Below, in pieces: positions 54,826-62,379 of a stretch of DNA of 64,000 nt (positions are counted from its first letter, which is position 1; each line of letters opens with the position of its first letter). The notes under the pieces are model-generated. The model ran no database searches. It was given only the letters and a program-made list of their open reading frames with translations, and was not told where the DNA came from. The translations under genes were made by a program, and so were the position numbers. The stretch comes from Flavobacterium sp. GTDB taxonomy: Bacteria; Bacteroidota; Bacteroidia; Flavobacteriales; Flavobacteriaceae. The stretch covers positions 3,331-67,330 of the forward strand of contig JBIIXU010000009.1 of assembly GCA_044347145.1 (NCBI GenBank), written 5' to 3'.

Positions 54826-54859
54826 CTAGAACGAAAAGCTGGATATAGCTTCAAAATAA

Positions 54860-56197
54860 TTATATTCTAATCTTCAAAATAACCATAACACCAGCCTCGC
54901 TGTCCTTTATTTCATAATTTATCCAATGACTATAAAGTTCATTAAGTAATTTGATTCGCTCCAAAGTATTGGTCATTCCTCTGCCCTTGTGCTGATTTTG
55001 GTGTTTGGTTTTCAGGGTTTTACTTTTTTCTATACCAATGCCATTATCAATAATTGTTGTTTTGATATGGTTGCCCTCATTTTGAAAACTGACATTTATA
55101 AAACCTTTTTCCTCTTTATAACGCAGGCCATGCCATATGGCATTTTCTATAAATGGCTGAATCAGCATGCTTGGCACTTGGCTGCTGTCCAAATCTATTT
55201 TTTCATCTATGATCAATTCAAAATCGAATTTATCATGAAAACGACTTTTTTCTAAAGATAAATAATTCTTAATCAAATCTATTTCAACTGCTACCGGTAT
55301 CAAATCATTGGTGGAATTTTCCATGATGCCACGCATTAATTTAGAAAATTTACTCAGATATTGATTAGCTTCTAGCTCATTGTTTTGCGCAATAAAATGA
55401 TTGACACTGTTTAAACTATTGAAAATAAAATGCGGATTCATTTCTCTTCTCAAGGATTGTAAAGCGATTTTTTTGTTTTTGATTTGCAATTTTTTATAGG
55501 CATATAAAATACCTAAAACAGCTAAAATCAATAGAACAGTGAAAATACCCAGACCAATATTGAAGCGTTTTTGTTGCTTCATCAAATCATTTTGCAATTG
55601 ACGTTCTTTTAGTAATTGCGCAATTTTTCCTTCGGTTTCTGCAATCACACGATCATCTATTAAGGACTGGTCTTTTTGCAAAACGGTCTGCAAATCTTTT
55701 AAAAATTTGCGATAAAAAGGCAATGATTTTTCAGGTTGCTTATTGGCTTTGTGCAGACTATCAATCTTTAAAATAACCTGTCTAGCTTCTAAAGTATGAC
55801 CTTTATCCAATGCGACTTGATAGGCGCTTTCTAAAGTTTCCAAAGCTTGAATGGGTTCGTTATTTTGAACATAAAGTGAAGCCAAGTCTTGCATAGCCGC
55901 TACTTTAGTTTTTGTATTGGCTTTGACAAAATCCTCTGCAATTAATTTATTTTGTGTTATAATGGCTTGATCTAATTGGTTTTTTTCTTTTTGAATCGCT
56001 ACAATTTTATTGCTAATTTCAATTGCTTTTTGAGGCTCATGGTCTTTGAATTGATCAAATGCCTTTTGAAAATTTTGTGTGGCCAAAACCGTTTGACCTT
56101 TCTCGGCTTGTGCGTTGGCTAAATTGACATAATTAGACCCAATCTCTTCTGATTTGTTTTGCCGTTTTGACTCATACAAATTGATTTTAGCTAACAA
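54860..56197 (-). CDS. Sensor histidine kinase (PF06580-type, LytTR-partner class), apparently 5'-truncated
   Basis: The ORF has TPR-like helices, one TM segment (GLGIFTVLLILAVLGILYAY), the NPHFIFNSLNSVNHFI His-kinase motif and a HATPase region (DNGIGI). The track start is a TTG preceded four codons upstream by an in-frame stop. There is no signal peptide or N-terminal anchor, and the first ATG is ~100 codons in. Confidence 0.78.
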   Translation of the reverse strand: MLAKINLYESKRQNKSEEIGSNYVNLANAQAEKGQTVLATQNFQKAFDQFKDHEPQKAIEISNKIVAIQKEKNQLDQAIITQNKLIAEDFVKANTKTKVAAMQDLASLYVQNNEPIQALETLESAYQVALDKGHTLEARQVILKIDSLHKANKQPEKSLPFYRKFLKDLQTVLQKDQSLIDDRVIAETEGKIAQLLKERQLQNDLMKQQKRFNIGLGIFTVLLILAVLGILYAYKKLQIKNKKIALQSLRREMNPHFIFNSLNSVNHFIAQNNELEANQYLSKFSKLMRGIMENSTNDLIPVAVEIDLIKNYLSLEKSRFHDKFDFELIIDEKIDLDSSQVPSMLIQPFIENAIWHGLRYKEEKGFINVSFQNEGNHIKTTIIDNGIGIEKSKTLKTKHQNQHKGRGMTNTLERIKLLNELYSHWINYEIKDSEAGVMVILKIRI

Positions 56198-56205
56198 ACT
56201 CAGAA

Positions 56206-57192
56206 GTGTTTAGAATCGTTCATGATTATTTTGGACACGGAATATTAGGTAATCAGTTCGGAGCAATAGGAGAAGAAAATGCAACCTTACAACATCTTGA
56301 CTTATATAGCGATGAAGCCGCACCTGCGGTTATTTTTCAAACAAGAGGACAAAACTCTTGGGTAAATTTTAGCGGTGCAAACAAAGAGGCTAATGATTTA
56401 AGAAAACAAGCGAGAGAGCTCAGAAAACAAGGAGAAACAAAAAAAGCTGACGAATTAGTTGAACAAGCAAATAAATTGTTTAAATTTGTAGAACCTAAGA
56501 TAGCTATATTCCCAACAAAATTTAATTTTAAAAGGTATGAAACAGCAAGAAGAATCAACGAACAAGAAACAATTGACTCAAGACCAAATAGAGGAGCTAA
56601 TGTCTTATCCGGATTATTGGAGAAATACTCTAAGAGAAGCAGCGGAACGAGGGGAGTCAATAAAAGAAGTGTACGAGGAACTAAAAGACTTGGACTCTAT
56701 GACTTAAACGTAGTAGCTGAATATACTTTAGATAACGCAATAAACGAAGGTATATTAAAAGCATTCCCTAACTTCAAAGGTGTCCAAAAGATATATGAGA
56801 TAACCGATGGGAATGCTTATAGAGAAATGATGGCAGAGGCTCTTAAAGACAATGCTTTTGCTGCATCTGTTACTGTTCATCCCGGAGAAAAATTCAACGA
56901 GATGAGAATGTTTGTAACCGAAGATGGCTCAACAGGAATTACACTTACAAAAGAAGGATTTTTAGGAGGAGCATTTTCTAATCCAAATGCAAATAGACCT
57001 CAAAACTTATCACAATTAATGGTAATAGGAATAAAAGAAGGGGCTACCACAGCGGAAGCCTTTGATACTATATTGCCTGATTACTAGGCAAAATTTGGAT
57101 TTAAAGCTGTATCAAGAACTGCGTTTAATGACGAGTTTAAACCAATGATTGTTAATGGTAATGCAGTCAAAAATTTATCGACGAAGAAATGA
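56206..57192 (+). pseudogene. Decayed fragment of a foreign (phage/ICE-like) gene
   Basis: The ORF opens just after a stop at 56188-56190 with only a GTG start. There is an in-frame TAG at 57085-57087 (...AFDTILPDY*AKFGFKAVSRTAFNDEFKP...). Reading continues to 57192, and a further frame switch at an A5 run would extend it. No family identified. Confidence 0.4.
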
Positions 57193-57302
57193 AAAAACGC
57201 GGCGACAATAAAGATGATTTAGGTTAAGCAATGGAAAAATCTATTATTGAAATTGGTAAGAAAAAAGGTTATAAAATATAGCTATTTAAAGTAAATCATT
57301 AT

Positions 57303-57331
57303 AAAACCTGCTTGTTTAAGCAGGTTTTTTT
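57303..57331 (+). terminator. Rho-independent terminator
   Basis: Stem AACCTGC/GCAGGTT with an 8-nt loop, followed by a T run. Confidence 0.65.
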
Positions 57332-57363
57332 AATGCATAGAACTATTGCACATAAATAAAATC

Positions 57364-57383
57364 AATTCGTATATTTGCGAATA
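57364..57383 (+). promoter_or_regulatory. ars box 1 (TTCGTATATTTGCGAA) upstream of arsR
   Basis: The sequence aaTTCGTATATTTGCGAAta has TTCG/CGAA inverted ends flanking a TAtaTTTG -7-type box, ending 10 nt upstream of the arsR ATG. The same box occurs twice at 57709-57746. Confidence 0.45.
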
Positions 57384-57393
57384 AATAAAAACC

Positions 57394-57693
57394 ATGACAC
57401 ACGACCAATTATCAGACATTGCCCATGCGCTCGCAAACCCCATTCGACTAATGATTCTAGAAAAACTGGCTGACCAAAGTTGTTGCTTTCATGGTGATCT
57501 TTCGGAAGAATTACCAATAGCCAATAGCACATTATCTCAACATTTAAAGGTTTTAAAAAATGCGGGGCTCATTCAAGGGGAAATAACACCCCCTAAAACG
57601 AAGTATTGCATCCATGCTGAAAACTGGGAAAAAGCCAAGCAAGCTTTAAGCGATTTTTTTAACTACAATCAAAAAATTTTGTGTTGTGAATAA
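57394..57693 (+). CDS. arsR: ArsR/SmtB-family metalloregulator
   Basis: 99-aa ORF with a winged HTH (ANPIRLMILEKLA...LSQHLKVLKNAGLI) and a Cys pair (QSCCFHGDL) at the usual metalloid-binding position. Confidence 0.85.
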   Translation: MTHDQLSDIAHALANPIRLMILEKLADQSCCFHGDLSEELPIANSTLSQHLKVLKNAGLIQGEITPPKTKYCIHAENWEKAKQALSDFFNYNQKILCCE

Positions 57694-57708
57694 TTTTTTT
57701 TAATTATT

Positions 57709-57746
57709 GTTCGTATATTTGCGAATAGTTCGTATATTTGCGAAAT
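57709..57746 (+). promoter_or_regulatory. ars boxes 2 and 3 (tandem 19-bp direct repeat)
   Basis: gTTCGTATATTTGCGAAta is followed directly by gTTCGTATATTTGCGAAat, ending 17 nt upstream of the ATG at 57764. Confidence 0.45.
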
Positions 57747-57763
57747 ATAATTAAAACCAAAGT

Positions 57764-58387
57764 ATGATTAATTCTATTCTTTTAGAAAACATCCAAAGTT
57801 TAAAGGAAACCGAAATTTCTCGCGAACGTCAGGCGGTGTTAAGGCTCTTAGTTGATTATATTCAAAGTAAGGTTAATCAAAAACTACCAATACAATTAAA
57901 TTTTATTTGCACCCACAATTCGCGCCGCAGTCACTTGTCACAAATTTGGGCGCAAACCATGGCGCATTATTATCAAGTTCAACAAGTGAGTTGTTACTCT
58001 GGCGGTACCGAAGCCACAGCCATGTTTCATCAAGTGGTCACGACGCTAAAAAAACAAGGTTTTGCCATTCAACCCATCAGTGAGGAAATAAAAAACACGG
58101 TTTTTGCTGTAAAATATGATACAAATGAACCTGCTTTAATCTGTTTTTCAAAAGCTTTTGATGATGCTTTTAATCCTGAAAATGGTTTCTGTGCCGTGAT
58201 GACTTGCTCCTCTGCCGATGAAGGTTGCCCTTTTATAGCTGGTGCCGCCTTGCGATTGCCTATACGTTACAACGATCCTAAGGCTTTTGACAACACGCCG
58301 CAAATGGCAGAAAAATATGAAGAACGCAGCTTACAAATTGCAGCCGAAATGAAATTTGTTTTTTCAAAAATCAAGTCAAATGTTTGA
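57764..58387 (+). CDS. Low-molecular-weight phosphatase-family protein (ArsC-like arsenate reductase candidate)
   Basis: 207-aa ORF with the LMW-PTP P-loop CTHNSRRS. It lies in ars operon context, between arsR and acr3. Confidence 0.7.
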   Translation: MINSILLENIQSLKETEISRERQAVLRLLVDYIQSKVNQKLPIQLNFICTHNSRRSHLSQIWAQTMAHYYQVQQVSCYSGGTEATAMFHQVVTTLKKQGFAIQPISEEIKNTVFAVKYDTNEPALICFSKAFDDAFNPENGFCAVMTCSSADEGCPFIAGAALRLPIRYNDPKAFDNTPQMAEKYEERSLQIAAEMKFVFSKIKSNV

Positions 58388-58417
58388 AGTCATTTCAACA
58401 GAATCACCATTTAATAT

Positions 58418-58435
58418 TCCCGAAATCTTTCGGGA
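58418..58435. repeat. 18-bp palindrome TCCCGAAATCTTTCGGGA
   Basis: Read directly. It differs at one central base from the palindrome at 15559-15576, and lies in the 66-nt gap between two ars genes. Confidence 0.65.
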
Positions 58436-58453
58436 CTTTAATCTCAATACTTT

Positions 58454-58924
58454 ATGAATTTATCCACTTTAAAAAACATTTTGCCAACATTGGAAAACAT
58501 CTCTTTTCAATTAGAAGACGGCACTTTAGTCCCCTCACATTTTCATGTGACAGAAATAGGTTTAATCACTAAAAAATTTATAGATTGTGGCGGCATCATG
58601 CGTGATGAACAAAAAATTAATTTTCAGTTATGGGTTGCAGACGATTTTGATCACCGTTTGGCTTCATCCAAACTTTTAAACATTATTCATTTGGCTGAAA
58701 AACAATTGGATTTATCCGATTTATCTATTGAAGTAGAATATCAGGGACAAACGATTGAAACTTACGCTTTAGATTTTGACAATAATCGCTTTATTTTAAG
58801 AAAGAAAATGACTGACTGCTTGGCAAAAGACAATTGCGGGATACCCGAAAAAAGTCAAAAACCACGCATCAAAATGAGTCAATTGCAAAGTAGTTGTTGC
58901 ACGCCAGAATCTGGTTGTTGCTAA
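58454..58924 (+). CDS. ars-operon protein of unknown function with a Cys-rich C-terminal tail
   Basis: 156-aa ORF ending ...SQLQSSCCTPESGCC (two vicinal Cys pairs). It sits between the reductase-like gene and acr3. Confidence 0.55.
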   Translation: MNLSTLKNILPTLENISFQLEDGTLVPSHFHVTEIGLITKKFIDCGGIMRDEQKINFQLWVADDFDHRLASSKLLNIIHLAEKQLDLSDLSIEVEYQGQTIETYALDFDNNRFILRKKMTDCLAKDNCGIPEKSQKPRIKMSQLQSSCCTPESGCC

Positions 58925-58942
58925 ACTAACTATTTTATATTT

Positions 58943-59983
58943 ATGGGAACGTTCGAAAAATATTTAACCCTTTGGGTAGCCATCTGTATTGTCGTTGGCA
59001 TTGTGATTGGTCACTTTTTTGGTGATCAAATGTTATTTATCAGTCAAATGGAATATGCACAGGTTAATTTACCTGTGGCTGTTTTGGTTTGGTTAATGAT
59101 TTATCCCATGATGGTACAAATAGATTTTAGCTCAATCAAAGATGTGAGCAAAAACAAGAGTGGTCTTTGGCTTACAGTTGTTGTCAATTGGTTGATTAAG
59201 CCATTTACGATGGCCTTTTTTGGCTGGTTGTTCTTTTACCATATTTATCAAGCATGGCTTTTGCCAGAAGATGCTGGCCAGTATTTAGCTGGAGCGATTT
59301 TATTGGGTGCTGCGCCATGCACCGCTATGGTCTTTGTCTGGTCTTATTTGGTAAAAGGTAATGCTAATTATACCTTAGTACAAGTATCGGTTAATGATTT
59401 GATTTTATTGATTGCGTTTATTCCTATTGTTGGACTATTGTTTACTTTTTTCGGCTTAGACAGTATGTTTTCACAAACAGGCAACATAGGTATTCCTTAT
59501 GATACGCTTATCACAAGTGTAATTGTATTTGTGGTTATTCCGCTTTTAGCCGGTTATTTTAGTCATAAATATTTGATGAAAACCAAAGGTGAAATCTGGT
59601 TTAAAGACGTGTTTTTAGCCAAACTTAAACCAATTTCAATCAGTGCTTTGCTCTTGACATTGGTCTTACTTTTTGCTTTTCAAGGGCAAAAAATCATTGA
59701 TAATCCTTTTCATATTTTATTGATTGCTATTCCTTTAACGCTCCAAACTTACTTCATCTTTTTTGTGTCGTGGTTTATCGGCAAATATCTCAAATTGTCT
59801 CATCAAATTTGTGCACCAGCTGCCATGATTGGTGCGAGTAACTTTTTCGAATTAGCCGTTGCTGTTGCTATTGCATTATTTGGCTTAAATTCAGGCGCAT
59901 CATTAGCCACCGTAGTAGGCGTTTTGATTGAAGTACCTGTGATGTTGTCTTTGGTCGCGTTGGCGAATAAATGGCGGTATTAG
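58943..59983 (+). CDS. acr3: ACR3-family arsenite efflux transporter
   Basis: 346-aa polytopic ORF with FEKYLTLWV at the N-terminus and a GAAPCTAMV motif containing the conserved Cys. Confidence 0.92.
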   Translation: MGTFEKYLTLWVAICIVVGIVIGHFFGDQMLFISQMEYAQVNLPVAVLVWLMIYPMMVQIDFSSIKDVSKNKSGLWLTVVVNWLIKPFTMAFFGWLFFYHIYQAWLLPEDAGQYLAGAILLGAAPCTAMVFVWSYLVKGNANYTLVQVSVNDLILLIAFIPIVGLLFTFFGLDSMFSQTGNIGIPYDTLITSVIVFVVIPLLAGYFSHKYLMKTKGEIWFKDVFLAKLKPISISALLLTLVLLFAFQGQKIIDNPFHILLIAIPLTLQTYFIFFVSWFIGKYLKLSHQICAPAAMIGASNFFELAVAVAIALFGLNSGASLATVVGVLIEVPVMLSLVALANKWRY

Positions 59984-60084
59984 GGTCGTTTTTAAAGGCA
60001 AAAAGGTTAATTTAATCCCTATTTTCAAGAAAACCATTTCGTTTTTTCTTATCTTTGTGTCTCTAAATTTAAACGCTTAGTCCC

Positions 60085-61695
60085 ATGAGTCAATTTTTCT
60101 ATCAAGAGCCTTTTCCTATACTAAAAGACGATACTGTTTATAAAAAATTAACCTCAGATTATGTGCGTGTTGAACAACAGGGTAACCGAGAAGTGTTAGT
60201 TGTTGACCCAAAAGGTTTGGAATTATTAGCAGAAGAAGCCATGGTTGATTTGGCTTTTATGTTGCGGTCTTCCCATTTAGAAAAATTAAACAAAATTTTA
60301 GACGACCCAGAAGCTACAGATAATGATCGCTTTGTGGCTTATACTTTATTAGAAAATGCTGTTATTGCTGTTAAGGGGCAATTGCCTTCATGCCAAGATA
60401 CAGGCACAGCCATTGTGATGGCTAAAAAAGGTGAAGATGTTTATACTGGTGCGGAAGACGCTGAATTTTTGAGTAAAGGGATTTACAATACCTACCAAAA
60501 AAGAAATTTACGCTATTCGCAAATCATTCCTTTGAGCATGTTTGAAGAAAAAAACTCAGGGTCAAACTTGCCTGCGCAAATAGATATTTATAGCAAAAAA
60601 GGTCATAGTTATGAGTTTTTATTTTTAGCTAAAGGTGGTGGCTCTGCCAACAAGACCTTCCTATATCAACAATCCAAGTCATTGTTAAATGAAAAATCAA
60701 TGACTGCTTTTGTGCAAGCTAAAATCATGGATTTAGGCACATCCGCCTGTCCGCCTTATCACTTGGCATTGGTCATTGGTGGCACATCTGCGGAAGCTAA
60801 TTTAGCCGCTGTAAAAAAAGCGAGTGCGGGTTATTATGATCATTTACCAACAGCAGGCAATGACCAAGGTCAAGCGTTTAGAGATTTGGCTTGGGAAGAA
60901 AAAGTGCAAATCATTTGTCAAGAATCATCTATTGGCGCGCAATTTGGTGGCAAATATCTCACCCATGATGTGCGTGTGATTCGCCTGCCTCGTCATGCGG
61001 CAAGTTGTCCAGTTGGCATAGGTGTTTCGTGTTCTGCTGATAGAAATATCAAAGGAAAAATTACCAAGGATGGTATTTTCTTAGAACAATTAGAAACACA
61101 ACCTGAAAAATATTTACCAGCCACGCCACCGCATTTGGAAGCAGCAATAAATATTGATCTCAATCAGCCGATGGCAAATATTTTGGCAGAACTATCTAAA
61201 TATCCGATTAAAACCCGATTAAAACTCAATGGTACTTTGATTGTAGCCAGAGATATTGCCCATGCGAAAATCAAAGAGATTTTGGATGCTGGTCAACCGA
61301 TGCCTGATTATTTTAAAAATCACCCGATTTATTATGCCGGGCCAGCAAAAACACCAGATGGCATGCCGTCGGGTAGTTTTGGCCCAACAACTGCTGGTAG
61401 AATGGACGTTTACGTTGAAGAATTTCAAGCGGCTGGTGGTAGCATGATTATGTTGGCAAAAGGCAACCGCTCTAAGCAAGTCATGGAGGCTTGCAACAAA
61501 TATGGTGGCTTTTATTTAGGCTCTATTGGTGGTCCCGCAGCTATTTTAGCTAAAGAAAACATCTTGTCTGTTGAGGTGGTTGATTTTCCAGATTTAGGCA
61601 TGGAAGCCATCAGAAAGATAGAAGTTAAGGATTTTCCAGCTTTTATAATTACGGATGACAAAGGCAATGATTTCTTTGCGAGTTTGAGTAAGTAG
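60085..61695 (+). CDS. Class I (Fe-S) fumarate hydratase
   Basis: 536-aa ORF with [12 protein letters not shown], and GGGSANK in the N-terminal domain. The C-terminal domain has GPTTAGRMD. Confidence 0.93.
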   Translation: MSQFFYQEPFPILKDDTVYKKLTSDYVRVEQQGNREVLVVDPKGLELLAEEAMVDLAFMLRSSHLEKLNKILDDPEATDNDRFVAYTLLENAVIAVKGQLPSCQDTGTAIVMAKKGEDVYTGAEDAEFLSKGIYNTYQKRNLRYSQIIPLSMFEEKNSGSNLPAQIDIYSKKGHSYEFLFLAKGGGSANKTFLYQQSKSLLNEKSMTAFVQAKIMDLGTSACPPYHLALVIGGTSAEANLAAVKKASAGYYDHLPTAGNDQGQAFRDLAWEEKVQIICQESSIGAQFGGKYLTHDVRVIRLPRHAASCPVGIGVSCSADRNIKGKITKDGIFLEQLETQPEKYLPATPPHLEAAINIDLNQPMANILAELSKYPIKTRLKLNGTLIVARDIAHAKIKEILDAGQPMPDYFKNHPIYYAGPAKTPDGMPSGSFGPTTAGRMDVYVEEFQAAGGSMIMLAKGNRSKQVMEACNKYGGFYLGSIGGPAAILAKENILSVEVVDFPDLGMEAIRKIEVKDFPAFIITDDKGNDFFASLSK

Positions 61696-61714
61696 TATTA
61701 ACTATTTTATTATT

Positions 61715-61815
61715 TGGGCAGCTTGGCCGCCTTCCTTCCGATAGCTATCGGAACCGCTTTTTGTTGGGTTTTTGAAAAACCCAACAAAAGAGCTCCACTC
61801 AAGTCGGGCTGCAGT
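61715..61815. repeat. Composite GC-rich intergenic element with two palindromes
   Basis: It contains TTCCGATAGCTATCGGAA (61736-61753) and ttgttgggttttt-g-aaaaacccaacaa (61761-61787). The flanks are ggcagcttggccgcc and ctccactcaagtcgggctgcag. The architecture resembles the elements at 15541-15590 and 54700-54850. Confidence 0.5.
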
Positions 61816-61872
61816 TTATACAAAAAACAATATCTTCCTACTAATCAAAAGACCATTGGTTTATGAGGCAAA

Positions 61873-62301
61873 CTATTTTTTCTTGCCATTCTTAAAGACA
61901 ACCTTTTCAACAATAATTGGCTTTTTATTGGTTTTAAAAACCTTTTTCTCGCCTGTCTTATTTTCAAAAGGCTTTTTTTCATAGGTCCTCTTCTCAAAAG
62001 GCTTCTTCTCAAAAAGCTTTTCAGCATTGGCATTTGCCATAGCCTTATTTGAAGCGATAACTGCTCTTGGATCTTTTGGACTTTCTTTAGTCCCGCGTAG
62101 ATAAATGACTAAACCATTTAAAAAATTGCGTAAAACTTGATCGCCACATTCTACAAATTTTGGATGATCGGCACTTCTAAAAAAATTACCGATTTCGGCT
62201 TTAGACATTCTAAAATCGACGAGCTTCAAAATCTCTTCTATTTGATCATCTCTTAGCATTAAAGCCACACGAAGTTTTTTGAAAACATCATTATTGTTCA
62301 T
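61873..62301 (-). CDS. DUF1456-like protein with a Lys/Glu-rich repetitive C-terminal tail
   Basis: 142-aa ORF. Its N-terminus has tandem DUF1456-like repeats (VFKKLRVALMLRDDQIEEIL.., GDQVLRNFLNGLVIYLRG). The tail is EKKPFEKRTYEKKPFENKTGEKK. Confidence 0.55.
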   Translation of the reverse strand: MNNNDVFKKLRVALMLRDDQIEEILKLVDFRMSKAEIGNFFRSADHPKFVECGDQVLRNFLNGLVIYLRGTKESPKDPRAVIASNKAMANANAEKLFEKKPFEKRTYEKKPFENKTGEKKVFKTNKKPIIVEKVVFKNGKKK

Positions 62302-62379
62302 GATATATATTTTTACAAAGGTAACAAAAAACCACCCTTGAAATTAAAGGGTGGTCTTGAAATTATTGTTTATATTAAA

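Noticed and set aside
44684-57393. Whether the accessory block should be called a mobile element (ICE, prophage or transposon).
   Set aside because: I found no integrase, transposase, relaxase, tRNA target or flanking direct repeats by eye. Only indirect signs are present (TA modules, composition shifts, a truncated kinase and a decayed gene), so I describe it as an accessory island and make no mobile_element call.
58384-58572. A 62-aa ORF overlaps the end of the reductase-like gene and the start of the next ars gene.
   Set aside because: It spans the intergenic palindrome and overlaps the longer 156-aa ORF in another frame. It has no motif support.
61715-61760. The minus strand reads ...tcggaaggaaggcggccaagctgcc, which resembles the conserved GGAAGGAAGCAGCCAAGGCAG segment of bacterial SRP (4.5S) RNA.
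   Set aside because: The preceding sequence forms a TTCCGATAGCTATCGGAA palindrome rather than the SRP helix-8 GNRA tetraloop with its symmetric and asymmetric loops. Similar purine-rich flanks recur at other intergenic repeat copies (15.5 kb and 54.8 kb), so this is most likely a dispersed repeat and not ffs.
61772-62033. A + strand ORF (61772-61984) and a second minus-strand ORF (61845-62033) overlap the tail of the DUF1456-like gene.
   Set aside because: They are artefacts of the imperfect ~20-nt tandem repeats (tcaaaaggctt...) that encode the EKKPFE-type Lys/Glu-rich tail. Only the 61873-62301 frame connects to a recognisable domain.
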